Of a DNA stretch of 64,000 nt, positions 20,097 through 29,157 are shown piece after piece. How positions within the stretch are numbered: position 1 is the first letter of the stretch; the number at the start of each line of letters is the position of its first letter. Both the position numbers and the translations under genes were made by a program. The notes below the pieces were generated by a model. It saw only the letters and a program-made list of their open reading frames with translations, had not been told where the DNA came from and made no database searches. The stretch is taken from positions 34,717-98,716 of IMG/VR virus record IMGVR_UViG_3300033148_002693; one strand, 5' to 3'. Source of the DNA: a virus.

Positions 20097-21925
20097 TGAA
20101 TGTGATGATTCTGAGACATACGGATATGGGCAACGATAGGTACGTTGCCAAGCCGTTGATCACGCTGTTTGACTCTAGGATAACAGGGTTGGGGGTTAAG
20201 CACGGCATCCAGAACTGGATTGGCGGTGACCAGGAGCTGTCATTCACCATAGAGGATTTTCTCTCCGTTAACGAGCTAACGTTCGGGAAGGGCGATCTGG
20301 CGTTCGTGTATGCTGATGGATCAGACAATCCGATCTGGGCCGGCCGCGTGGCCGAAACGTCGCGCGTGTGGAAGGAAGGGCGCTTCAGCAGCGTCAACGT
20401 CGTCGCCAGGGGGTTCTGGGTGACGCTCATGGAGCATCTGCTCGACGAGGCGGTCAATAACCCGAACACGCAACCCAATGTGACGGAGCCAATAGCTTAC
20501 GCCGTCAGGGAGCTCGGAATATCGGGCCAGATAGCGATGGACCTGTCGGATATACAGTACTTCACGACGGACTTGGGCAACAATGCGTTCACGTTCGCTC
20601 AATACAGCAAGTATCTGGGAGACATCGTGAAGCATTTCGTTCAGTTCGGCTCTGACGACGCCCCGCCGAAGCCGGCGATGTTCTTGGTGTCGGGATGGAC
20701 GAACGGAAGGATGGGGATCAGGGTGGACAGCGATTACGACGTGTCTTTGCTTCCCCCTTGGCAGGGCGTGAGCGTGGGCGGCGGCGGGTCTTACGACATC
20801 GACGTGGCCGCGAGTTTCATGCGTCATGATTATAACGCCGCCGTCACCGAGGCGGCCATGTCGTACGACAAAACGATGATAGAGAAAGACGATTATGAAC
20901 GTGATGTTAGGATACGATATGTCACTAAAGCTAAGAGAGCAACGTCAGGAGCAAACGCTTGGGCTGGGTTTTTCGGATTGTGGTCGGGGAACGCTGCTCC
21001 GTCAGTGACCACCTCTGGCGGATTCTATGCCAACCTGATAATGCAGGTGGTTCAGGACAACGCAGACGACATAAGGATCATGTATAATGACGATGGGTTG
21101 AACTGGTTTACCTGGAACCATGCAGCATTGGCATGGCAGGCCGGAAGCGGTCAGGTGGCACACACCGGGTCGGCAAACACATTTTACCAGGTAGTATACG
21201 AGCATGACGATACAGGTTGGTGGGTAGAAATTTGGGATGCTGCGGGAACAACCAGACACACCAGGACCGACAAAGTTTTGTGGACTGTTTGGACAACGAA
21301 AGATATTGGTCAATTGTGGGCGTGGTGGGGGTGTCCCTACACGGATATCTGGGATTCGATAATGACGGTAGATTTCATCAAGGGATGGCGCTGGACATCA
21401 GGCGCAATCCCCAAGCTGAAAGAAATCGATACGTCCGACTGGGAATGGGAAATCAATGTCTCCAATCTCGACAGCTACAAGCTGATGAATCCGGACGAGT
21501 CTATGGCGAATCGGGTCGTCGCATCGTACGGTGATCCAGTGGCGTACACCGCGATGGCCTCGGACACGGACAGCGTCGATGAGTTCGGGCAGAGGGATTT
21601 ATTGGTCGAGGCCGGGGACGAGGCCACGGGCACCGCCGCCCTGAGATTGAGGGACTTAAAACTAGATTCGTCGAAAGACGAGGTGTGGCGTGGGGCATCC
21701 ATCAAGTTGAAGGGTAAGGTGCGGCGTAAGGGCGGCACGATGGTCCCGGTCTACAATGTGAAGATCGGTGACAGGATGAAGGTTCTGAACGTTCTGTTCC
21801 CCGATGGGTTGGTTTTCGTGGTGGGAAGCACGGTGTATAATCACGAGGATGAAACATTGTCGATAACACCCTTGGACATGCCGGACAGCGTGGAGTTGTG
21901 GATCACTCAATTGGCAAAGGAGTAA
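20093..21925 (+). CDS. Tail hub/Tal-like protein with inserted Trp-rich beta-sandwich domain
   Basis: IWAGRV, ANRVVASYG, DSVDEFGQRD hub-like motifs; synteny. Confidence 0.6.
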   Translation: MMNVMILRHTDMGNDRYVAKPLITLFDSRITGLGVKHGIQNWIGGDQELSFTIEDFLSVNELTFGKGDLAFVYADGSDNPIWAGRVAETSRVWKEGRFSSVNVVARGFWVTLMEHLLDEAVNNPNTQPNVTEPIAYAVRELGISGQIAMDLSDIQYFTTDLGNNAFTFAQYSKYLGDIVKHFVQFGSDDAPPKPAMFLVSGWTNGRMGIRVDSDYDVSLLPPWQGVSVGGGGSYDIDVAASFMRHDYNAAVTEAAMSYDKTMIEKDDYERDVRIRYVTKAKRATSGANAWAGFFGLWSGNAAPSVTTSGGFYANLIMQVVQDNADDIRIMYNDDGLNWFTWNHAALAWQAGSGQVAHTGSANTFYQVVYEHDDTGWWVEIWDAAGTTRHTRTDKVLWTVWTTKDIGQLWAWWGCPYTDIWDSIMTVDFIKGWRWTSGAIPKLKEIDTSDWEWEINVSNLDSYKLMNPDESMANRVVASYGDPVAYTAMASDTDSVDEFGQRDLLVEAGDEATGTAALRLRDLKLDSSKDEVWRGASIKLKGKVRRKGGTMVPVYNVKIGDRMKVLNVLFPDGLVFVVGSTVYNHEDETLSITPLDMPDSVELWITQLAKE

Positions 21926-21981
21926 CAAAACGTAATTCTCGGCATTATTGATGACGATGTTTTTTCTTGTGCACAGTACTC

Positions 21982-22084
21982 CAAGACCGGTTTTACGGTA
22001 AAACTGATTTTGCACATGGTGTGCATAAAACGATATGCACACATGCTATAAGATAGTTCTATGAGCAAAAGTTTGCTCATAGGA
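21982..22084. repeat. Three consecutive inverted repeats in intergenic DNA
   Basis: GGTTTTAC-G-GTAAAACT core; GTGTGCATA-N6-TATGCACAC; TTCTATGAGCAAA-AG-TTTGCTCATAGGA. Confidence 0.8.
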
Positions 22085-22110
22085 AGATTCATAGAGTTCG
22101 GGGAGAGACA

Positions 22111-23967
22111 ATGAGCAAGTGCGTGAAGATATTATTGGTCATCGGCTTGCTGGTGGCCTGTACGAATTATGTTATCAATGAGGGAGCTACAATTGATGAG
22201 TTTCGCGTACCCCTGCGCGGATTGGGGTATTTCCACGGTGAGGCAATTGACCTAGTCCCGCTTAACGACCCCAATCTATCCCTGATTCAAGTAGAGTTCA
22301 CGTGGGGACAGCTTGATGATGGTAATAGAGGGGTACGTAGGAACGTTCTTGATCCTATCATATCCCAGATAACTGCTGCCGGCAAAGGGTACGTTCTGCG
22401 TATACCGGTCTATCAAAACAGAAGTAAAGCCAATCCTGGGCTTCCATCAAGCTTGTTGGGGATGACATGGAAGCATCCGGATGGGTGGCTGATACCACGA
22501 TATGATAATCCGTTACTGTTGATCGAATATTCCAAATTCTTGGACAATCTCGCAAGAGAATACAGCTCTGATCCATACTTGGCCGGCATACAGATTCCTG
22601 TCGGGTTGTACGGAGAGACACACCCCGACAGAAATGATGCTGAGTGCGCTTGTTCTGTATGGTTGTACAGTGCCGATCCAAACACGGGTGAGCGTCACAG
22701 GTTAGAACCATGTGAATGGTTTGTTTGGACATTTGGTGTCATGGAAGCATACAGGGAAGCCTTCCCAGACGCTCCGTTGGTGCTGATGAACGCTACGCAG
22801 TATGGGTATCCCTGCATCATTCCAGAACCGCCATACGACCGTAGAAATGAGCGGGTAGAATTCCAGGACAAGGCGATTGAGCTTGGCATCGGGTTCCAAA
22901 ATAACTCCCTTGATGAATGGGATGCCAACTGGCTCACGTGTGAGGTTACTGGCACGCATGGCACTTACACTATAGATGGTTCCGTTCAAGCGATCATCGA
23001 CAATCCACAACTGATAAGTGGGTTTGAGCGTGGAAGCTGGCTCAGACCGTTCGATAAGTTTTTCAGGGCGGGTGATTACCAGACCTGGTGGAGCTACCTC
23101 AATGCTCTTGACAAAGGGGTAGACTTCATCTTCCCTCCACAATGGGCGGGAGAGGTGACTGGTGGTGCATATCCTGCTGGTGTGTTTGCCTATCCAGATG
23201 ACTTGCCGTATGCTGAAGAACTTGCCTGGATGAATAGATTCACCAGCGAACATCTATCAAACCCACAAACGGCTTGGATCGCCATGTTTTCTGCCCCTGC
23301 TCCTGGGGAATATTCCTGGGGGACTGTAGACAACTATTGGTACTGTACGGCTGTTCACAATAACTACAAACAGCTTTTGGATTCGGATGAGAAGCTGGTC
23401 CCCGTGTATCGTATCGGGCCTGTAGTTGCACCATTCTATGAGGGCAAGTATGCGAGGCGTACAGATCAAATCAACGGTATTAACTCTGTAACATTGATAA
23501 CAGATGAAGACTTTGCTCCAGGCGTTATAGGATGGGAGGTAGAGCTATGGTTCCTGGACAACGGAACGGACGAAATAGGTTTGGATTACGACGGGGGAAG
23601 TTACAGGATCAGAAAGTTGGGAAGCGGGGAATGGGTACACAAGCGTGTCGCTCTAGGAAGGGCGGAGCTAGGTGGAGGCGGCGCGCTCACTATCAATTCC
23701 CTAAACGACGGGCCTGATGAGGTATTCAGTTTCGTAGAACTGATTCCTGCGCCAGGGAGTACGCCAACAGCTACGCCAACAGTTGCGCCGACCGCTACGG
23801 GTACACCTACGGGTACATTCACAAGTACACCTACATTTACGAGTACACCTACAAGCACGCCGACGCCTGAGGGCAGTTGGTTCCCGTTGAGGTTTTGTGC
23901 AATGAAGGGGGTAGGGTATTTCGGGATAGCGGTTCAATGGGAGGGGCCAGGTCCTTGCGGAGATTGA
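22111..23967 (+). CDS. Lipoprotein glycoside hydrolase (clan GH-A TIM-barrel-like) with C-terminal Pro/Thr repeats
   Basis: Lipobox LLVAC; FTWGQLD, IPRYDNP, GLYGE, GFE patterns of GH42-like barrels; (TP)n linker. Confidence 0.65.
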   Translation: MSKCVKILLVIGLLVACTNYVINEGATIDEFRVPLRGLGYFHGEAIDLVPLNDPNLSLIQVEFTWGQLDDGNRGVRRNVLDPIISQITAAGKGYVLRIPVYQNRSKANPGLPSSLLGMTWKHPDGWLIPRYDNPLLLIEYSKFLDNLAREYSSDPYLAGIQIPVGLYGETHPDRNDAECACSVWLYSADPNTGERHRLEPCEWFVWTFGVMEAYREAFPDAPLVLMNATQYGYPCIIPEPPYDRRNERVEFQDKAIELGIGFQNNSLDEWDANWLTCEVTGTHGTYTIDGSVQAIIDNPQLISGFERGSWLRPFDKFFRAGDYQTWWSYLNALDKGVDFIFPPQWAGEVTGGAYPAGVFAYPDDLPYAEELAWMNRFTSEHLSNPQTAWIAMFSAPAPGEYSWGTVDNYWYCTAVHNNYKQLLDSDEKLVPVYRIGPVVAPFYEGKYARRTDQINGINSVTLITDEDFAPGVIGWEVELWFLDNGTDEIGLDYDGGSYRIRKLGSGEWVHKRVALGRAELGGGGALTINSLNDGPDEVFSFVELIPAPGSTPTATPTVAPTATGTPTGTFTSTPTFTSTPTSTPTPEGSWFPLRFCAMKGVGYFGIAVQWEGPGPCGD

Positions 23968-23968
23968 A

Positions 23969-24262
23969 ATGGAAGCGATTGTTGAGAGTATTTGGATTCA
24001 GCTAGGTGCAGTTGGGTTGTTTTCGGTAGTGATGGCGGCTATAGCGTGGGCATTATGGCGTTCATTATGTGAATGTCAGAAAGCCAGAACAGATGATGAT
24101 TCGGAGCGTGTTCGTATGTGTACAGATGCAATGCAGGAGATGGCGCTTGCACTCAGGGAAGTAAATGAGACGATGCGCGCTGGATTCGAGAGCATGAATC
24201 ATACGCTGGATTTGAAGGGTCAGCTTGATGGTTTGAGAGAGGAAATTCGTAGGAAGGGGTAG
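23969..24262 (+). CDS. Holin-like protein (single N-terminal TM plus coiled coil)
   Basis: QLGAVGLFSVVMAAIAWALW TM, BhlA-like layout, follows hydrolase. Confidence 0.5.
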   Translation: MEAIVESIWIQLGAVGLFSVVMAAIAWALWRSLCECQKARTDDDSERVRMCTDAMQEMALALREVNETMRAGFESMNHTLDLKGQLDGLREEIRRKG

Positions 24263-24264
24263 TC

Positions 24265-24444
24265 ATGTTTGGATGGTTGATAAAGCGTAAAGCCAACAAA
24301 CCAAATGGGGTGTTAGAGAAGTCTGATGAATACTTCGACCAATTGGGCGAAATCATCAGAGAGACCAGGATACTTCGTGGCGTATTTGCTGACATTCAAA
24401 AACGTGTGGAGATCATAGATGCCGAACTGAATGGGAAATCTTGA
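24265..24444 (+). CDS. 59-aa hypothetical protein (not in ORF track)
   Basis: MFGWLIKRKANK...; AAGGGG RBS; fills gap. Confidence 0.5.
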   Translation: MFGWLIKRKANKPNGVLEKSDEYFDQLGEIIRETRILRGVFADIQKRVEIIDAELNGKS

Positions 24445-24469
24445 CCCCTGTTAGGTTTTCTGCTATAGT
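24441..24469 (+). promoter_or_regulatory. sigma70-type promoter
   Basis: TTGACC-N17-TATAGT with TG extension. Confidence 0.6.
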
Positions 24470-24537
24470 TATCCCTAGATTGACGGGTAATATGACTATC
24501 TTTGCCGCCAACAGGCTTTAAGAAAGGAAATGGGGCA

Positions 24538-24810
24538 ATGGTTCAAAGTATTCATGAGACGCTCCTGGGGCTGCACAGCGATTTTAGGACGTGGAGAGCG
24601 GTTGCAAAGGAGTTGGGAGCATACAGCGGAGCGTATTGGAGTAGTGTAGCGTCTGGCAAAATCAATCCTACCGTGACAGCAATTGATGTTGTGAGAAGTT
24701 ACCAGGGGCTGCCCTCATTGAAAACGCCCAGACGCATCAGTAGTATGAAGACAAGGGTTTTAGCCAAGATGATCAGAGACAGGGTTGAGATATGTTTGAC
24801 ATCCCGATAG
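24538..24810 (+). CDS. Small XRE-like HTH protein
   Basis: TWRAVAKELGAYSGAYWSSVASGKINP HTH pattern. Confidence 0.55.
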   Translation: MVQSIHETLLGLHSDFRTWRAVAKELGAYSGAYWSSVASGKINPTVTAIDVVRSYQGLPSLKTPRRISSMKTRVLAKMIRDRVEICLTSR

Positions 24811-24814
24811 GTGC

Positions 24815-25459
24815 GTGGTTGATTCCAGCTATCATTGGTGGTATGTTTGCGCTGATAGTTTGGAGTGGAATGCGAAGAAGGCCATGAAGCGATATGATTC
24901 AGTAGTGGAAAGACGAATACCGACAAGAGAACCCTCATTACAGTCAGATGTGGGGGTTCCGATTCTGTCTGCCGTGTTTGTGGGTATCATCGGAGGGGCA
25001 TTCCTGGGGGCGGTCGTTTGGATGCTGTTCGATGTGTGGGTTTGGAAGTTGGTAGTTGTTGCGGGCCTGGGGGCTTGTCTGATTGTTTACTTCTGGCGGG
25101 CGAACATGGCTGAGGAATCTACCTGGGCAGATGAATCCATAGAGACGCCTCGACCAGAGTTACCAGAGTTACCCAAACCGCCATCTATGCCGGTTCTACT
25201 GAATTCGTATCAGGGAAGGGAAAGACTGGCCGCTGACACGAAAAGGGTCAACAAGGTTGAGTTTGAGTGGTTCATTTCGGAATGTGAAAACGACACGAGC
25301 ATGAGAAGGTTCGAGAAGGAAATCAGTAGAGACCAGTATCGAAGATATCGTCAATCGTTGATGACTCAGGGCTGGGCACGATGGAAGAATCCGCAAATTC
25401 CAAGATTGGGATGGGAATTAACGGCTTCGGCCAGGGAGATCATTTCACACTTGAAATAG
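24815..25459 (+). CDS. Membrane protein with two TM helices
   Basis: Two hydrophobic segments and a Pro-rich linker; start uncertain. Confidence 0.55.
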   Translation: MVDSSYHWWYVCADSLEWNAKKAMKRYDSVVERRIPTREPSLQSDVGVPILSAVFVGIIGGAFLGAVVWMLFDVWVWKLVVVAGLGACLIVYFWRANMAEESTWADESIETPRPELPELPKPPSMPVLLNSYQGRERLAADTKRVNKVEFEWFISECENDTSMRRFEKEISRDQYRRYRQSLMTQGWARWKNPQIPRLGWELTASAREIISHLK

Positions 25460-25543
25460 TGCGTTGCGGTGTGGTGCGGTGCGTTACGCACGTGTTTTTG
25501 GGGAGACCGCACAAACAGAGTAGGGTAGAAAGGGGTGATTCGG

Positions 25544-25855
25544 ATGACGTTGGAACAATTGCTTTTACTGGTTGTCGATGGGGGAGCAGGTCTGTTCATC
25601 TACAGCCGACTTGAGAAGGCTGAGTGGTATCAGTCTATCGAGGAGTCAGATTACAAGCGATGGATAGCAGCAGGTCTCACAGCTTTGTTTGCCATCCTTG
25701 CTTGGGGGGTTGGGGTGGCTCTCGAAGTCTTCGAACTGCCAACGGGTGACTGGCGAACATGGGTTATTAAGTTGGCGGAGATTGGCATTGGAGCTTTCGT
25801 TGCTTTTGGATCCGCTACATTGGGTCACACGAAGGTGTTGAAGAAGCGAAGATAA
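25544..25855 (+). CDS. Holin-like membrane protein (2-3 TM, basic C-terminus)
   Basis: Hydrophobic helices, KKRR tail, last gene before terminator. Confidence 0.5.
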   Translation: MTLEQLLLLVVDGGAGLFIYSRLEKAEWYQSIEESDYKRWIAAGLTALFAILAWGVGVALEVFELPTGDWRTWVIKLAEIGIGAFVAFGSATLGHTKVLKKRR

Positions 25856-25871
25856 TCCCCACCTCTCACAA

Positions 25872-25910
25872 AGAGACTGCTTGGTGAAAGCCAGGCGGTC
25901 TTTTTTTATT
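25872..25910 (+). terminator. Rho-independent terminator ending the late/lysis transcript
   Basis: AGACTGCTTGGT-GAAA-GCCAGGCGGTCT followed by T-tract. Confidence 0.9.
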
Positions 25911-25999
25911 CCGTTTGTGAAATAATATTTATCAGATGAATAAATTGTAATAATTGAAAAACTGATAAAATTTTAAGGTAAATTGATCCCAAAAACCTA

Positions 26000-26028
26000 T
26001 TGACAATGTATTGTTTACCTGCTATAAT
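26000..26028 (+). promoter_or_regulatory. Consensus sigma70 promoter (early)
   Basis: TTGACA-N17-TATAAT with TG; AT-rich upstream region; AAAATTTTAAGGT box at 25967. Confidence 0.9.
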
Positions 26029-26063
26029 GTATATAAGATAAATTATACTAAGGAGGCAGTAAA

Positions 26064-26474
26064 ATGACGGAGTTAACGAAGGCACAGGCAGAGCAGTACG
26101 TGAGAGAGTACATCGAAGGGGTCATCAATAAAGCCGCAGAGCAAAGGAAGAGGAAGGCGGAGGAATTGGCGAGCAGTCCAGCAGCAGCATTGAGTGTATT
26201 TGAGTGGGCCAACAATATTGCAGTAACCCAAGAACGGGCGCTCATTTATACCAAGATACTCAAGGCTTGGGATAAGGGAACCACCGGAATCTTGGATATA
26301 ATTGATAGGGCTATCAGGGACATCACTGAAGGATTACTGGAAGGGTACGATCTTCCTACCAGTACGAGCGCGTTCTCCAACGCGACGATGATGGCGAAGA
26401 ACGAAGCCTACAGGCAGTTCCTGAAGGATATGAGGGTGGTGATGCCCGCCGTCAAGGAGACCCTCAGCGAGTAG
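26064..26474 (+). CDS. Hypothetical early protein
   Basis: AAGGAGG RBS, first gene after promoter. Confidence 0.8.
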   Translation: MTELTKAQAEQYVREYIEGVINKAAEQRKRKAEELASSPAAALSVFEWANNIAVTQERALIYTKILKAWDKGTTGILDIIDRAIRDITEGLLEGYDLPTSTSAFSNATMMAKNEAYRQFLKDMRVVMPAVKETLSE

Positions 26475-26502
26475 CCGAAAGCCGGTAGAGAGGATCAAGA
26501 CG

Positions 26503-26682
26503 ATGAAACTCGAATATTACGAAACGCACACCAACGCATGGAATGATATCACAGAAGAAGAAGCGCGACGATGGCTGGCAGACATGTATGAAGCTATTGA
26601 CATGGCCTGGAAAGAAATCGAAGCGGGCTACGAAGTCCCAACTCGATTCTCGATTATCAGACGCAAGGAGGCATCATGCTAG
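26503..26682 (+). CDS. 59-aa hypothetical protein (not in ORF track)
   Basis: MKLEYYETHTNAWNDITEEEARRWL...; GAGG RBS. Confidence 0.65.
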   Translation: MKLEYYETHTNAWNDITEEEARRWLADMYEAIDMAWKEIEAGYEVPTRFSIIRRKEASC

Positions 26683-26798
26683 AACTCATAACAGTATTGC
26701 CGATGGTTGAAAACGCTATGATGATCCCCGGCTTGTTGTTTGCTATCGTCATTCTGGGCCTTGCGGGCCTGGCAGTACTCACATTAAGGAGGATGTGA
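26676..26798 (+). CDS. 40-aa single-TM peptide (not in ORF track)
   Basis: AAGGAGG RBS; MLELITVLPMVENAMMIPGLLFAIVILGLAGLAVLTLRRM. Confidence 0.6.
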   Translation: MLELITVLPMVENAMMIPGLLFAIVILGLAGLAVLTLRRM

Positions 26799-26992
26799 CA
26801 ATGAATAGACTAGCAAGGGTAGGCGATATAATCATCATTAAGCAAAAGAGAGAACCATACCCACCCTGCAATATCACATCAAGGGTAATTGACCTGACAG
26901 AATCTACACTTTACCTTGAAACCGGACGCCCCAGATCGCGCACGCCTGGCGCATCTTGGAAACTTGCCAATCTTTCAGGGTATGTGAGGTGA
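26795..26992 (+). CDS. Hypothetical protein
   Basis: AAGGAGG RBS, coupled to upstream gene. Confidence 0.6.
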   Translation: MTMNRLARVGDIIIIKQKREPYPPCNITSRVIDLTESTLYLETGRPRSRTPGASWKLANLSGYVR

Positions 26993-26996
26993 ACCA

Positions 26997-27224
26997 ATGA
27001 AAACAATTTCAATGTCCTGGGAATTAACATCATTACTCTGTGACAACGTTCAATACTACTTTGACGCCCTGCTAGGTTGGGATGACGTGGACAGAGCAAA
27101 TGGTTACCTCCACACGATGGCCGATACCTGCCATGCTTACAACGTTCACCATTACCACTATATCCATTGTGTTATGGTTGCGCTTTTCCACCTACACTCA
27201 GCACACCACACAGAAATTTACTAG
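26997..27224 (+). CDS. His-rich hypothetical protein
   Basis: GAGGTG RBS. Confidence 0.55.
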   Translation: MKTISMSWELTSLLCDNVQYYFDALLGWDDVDRANGYLHTMADTCHAYNVHHYHYIHCVMVALFHLHSAHHTEIY

Positions 27225-27329
27225 ACTATGGGGGCCACGCATCCTACACGCGGAGGAGAGCTATATTGAAAAGGCTACCCGCGGATAATCCGTAGGGAGG
27301 AGCAAAATAGTTAAGATTGAAAGGAGGGG

Positions 27330-27659
27330 GTGATGAAACTGCTTGATGAATACTTTGCAATTCAGAAACAGATTTATGAATACTTCGGCTATGTAGAGGA
27401 TTGGGTAATCATTCCGATTGATGATGCCAGGCAATATTTCTGGTATGAGGATGGCAAATGTGTTCACTTCGCCGAAACGGAAGAGGAATTGGAATCTAAG
27501 TCTGGGCGATATTTCATGAACGAGATTTACACACAACGATTTCTGCCGAGGTGGGTGTATCAGGCGGATGACTATACTATGATTTGTGTTGACACTCGCA
27601 CCGACGGCAACAAATTTTTGCAGATATTCGATAATGCTAAGTCGAGAGCACAGAGCTGA
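27330..27659 (+). CDS. Hypothetical phage protein
   Basis: AAGGAGG RBS; aromatic/acidic composition. Confidence 0.75.
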   Translation: MMKLLDEYFAIQKQIYEYFGYVEDWVIIPIDDARQYFWYEDGKCVHFAETEEELESKSGRYFMNEIYTQRFLPRWVYQADDYTMICVDTRTDGNKFLQIFDNAKSRAQS

Positions 27660-27713
27660 ATGGGATGAGCTTGCAGGACTAGCAGTGCTCACACTAAGGA
27701 GAAGTGGAGGACG

Positions 27714-27857
27714 ATGGTCAACAATGCTTGCTGGAACATAGCCGGTTTGTCGATTGACGATCTGCCCGATTGTCCATTCTGTGACTGGCACGAAGATGGC
27801 GTGGGATGGGTGGCAGCGGCCCGAAGGGCTCTCAGGAACGCTGACTATCATGGATGA
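27714..27857 (+). CDS. 47-aa CxxC peptide (not in ORF track)
   Basis: GGAGG RBS; MVNNACW...DCPFCDWH. Confidence 0.5.
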   Translation: MVNNACWNIAGLSIDDLPDCPFCDWHEDGVGWVAAARRALRNADYHG

Positions 27858-28077
27858 TCTTTTTGGAGAATCAGATCTGCCGCTATTCAGCCAAACAGCA
27901 CAACACAGTAAGGTTCAGAAATTCGAGCCAAAGCCCGTGGTCAAGAACTTGTCGATGTTCAACTGTCCGATTTGTCGTGATACTGGACAGGTGCGAATTG
28001 GAAAGAAAATCATCACATGCTTTTGTAAGAAAGGGGAAACCAATGAAGGGGCAATTCAGGGCAAACAATCTAAGTAA
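27850..28077 (+). CDS. Small zinc-finger protein
   Basis: CPICRDTG...CFC. Confidence 0.6.
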   Translation: MDDLFGESDLPLFSQTAQHSKVQKFEPKPVVKNLSMFNCPICRDTGQVRIGKKIITCFCKKGETNEGAIQGKQSK

Positions 28078-28315
28078 CGCGGCGAGGAGAGCGATCTGGG
28101 CGCAGGGGATGAAATCCGTGTATTCATACGACATCGTTTCGGATTGCGTCATAAGGTCCGAGGAGAAGTTTTATGAGAGCCCCCATACAGACCGCACGGT
28201 CATCGTTGCCTACACACGCAAGGGCAAAAAAACCGCCACAGTATCCGCAGGAGACTTGTGGTGGTATGATTCTTGCAACTCACATCAAACGATGCCGATG
28301 GCAAGGATCAGATGA
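28043..28315 (+). CDS. Hypothetical protein
   Basis: AAGGGG RBS; ATGA overlap with next gene. Confidence 0.55.
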   Translation: MKGQFRANNLSNAARRAIWAQGMKSVYSYDIVSDCVIRSEEKFYESPHTDRTVIVAYTRKGKKTATVSAGDLWWYDSCNSHQTMPMARIR

Positions 28316-28611
28316 ATAGTTTTGAGTTAAAAGTCTGGAATTGTGTGGTTGAACGTGATGGCGCAAGATGTTTGCGATGTGGTGAGCGTGGTGATCATGT
28401 TCACCATGTCATTCCCAGATCACACTTTGGCAAGAGCGGGCACGATGTTTGTTGGGACGAACGCAACATGATGTGTCTGTGCATGGACTGCCATCTTGGG
28501 ATAGTCTGGGCACACACGTATGACGGGCGCATCGAGCAACTTCGAGTATTGGCAGAACTATACGATTATGAGTATGACGATTCCCCATTTAACGAATATG
28601 TTTTATCGTAA
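28312..28611 (+). CDS. HNH endonuclease
   Basis: RDG..CLRCG...HVHHVIPRS...NMMCLCMDCH. Confidence 0.9.
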   Translation: MNSFELKVWNCVVERDGARCLRCGERGDHVHHVIPRSHFGKSGHDVCWDERNMMCLCMDCHLGIVWAHTYDGRIEQLRVLAELYDYEYDDSPFNEYVLS

Positions 28612-28696
28612 AACCGGAATCGGAGAACACGAGTGTTGAAAGTAATGGCCATCTGAAAACGTTCAAAATTTTAAGGTTATTTATGTAAACTAAACC

Positions 28697-28725
28697 TTGA
28701 CAATATACTGTCTATCTGCTATAAT
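28697..28725 (+). promoter_or_regulatory. Consensus sigma70 promoter, paralogous to the one at 26000
   Basis: TTGACA-N17-TATAAT; shares CTGCTATAATGTATATA and the upstream AAAATTTTAAGGT box. Confidence 0.9.
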
Positions 28726-28757
28726 GTATATACAATAGATTATACGGAGACAGGCAA

Positions 28758-29114
28758 ATGAAACGGACAGTCACAGTAAACACAAGAAATCTCAGAGAAA
28801 AGGCAAAGACCCACAAGGTAGAACGTACAGCATACGCCGCCTGGAACGTCAAATCTGGCGGGTCTGACAAGATTTACAAAGTGACCTACGATACTCGCAG
28901 AAAAGAATTTTATTGTGAATGTGATTGGGCCGGACATGGCGGCGGTGGTTGCTCACACGTGATGGCAGTAGTAATGTGGGCGGATGAGATCAGGAACAGG
29001 AAAGCATACTTTCAGAATTCAGAGGAATCGGCAAAACGACAACATCGACCCCGTAAGATTCTGGAAACTGGACTGGACGGCAAGGAAGTTTGGGTCACGA
29101 GCAGGGCATCGTAG
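28758..29114 (+). CDS. SWIM zinc-finger protein
   Basis: YKVT...CECD-x8-CSH. Confidence 0.8.
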   Translation: MKRTVTVNTRNLREKAKTHKVERTAYAAWNVKSGGSDKIYKVTYDTRRKEFYCECDWAGHGGGGCSHVMAVVMWADEIRNRKAYFQNSEESAKRQHRPRKILETGLDGKEVWVTSRAS

Positions 29115-29157
29115 CAATGCCCTGCTAAAAGGGAACTCAACATAGGAGGAAGACAAA

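Noticed and set aside
16041-21925. Diversity-generating retroelement acting on tail genes
   Set aside because: No reverse transcriptase and no TR/VR pair with adenine-specific mismatches seen
23755-23870. Tandem DNA repeats ACACCTAC/ACGCCAAC
   Set aside because: They encode the Pro/Thr linker of the hydrolase
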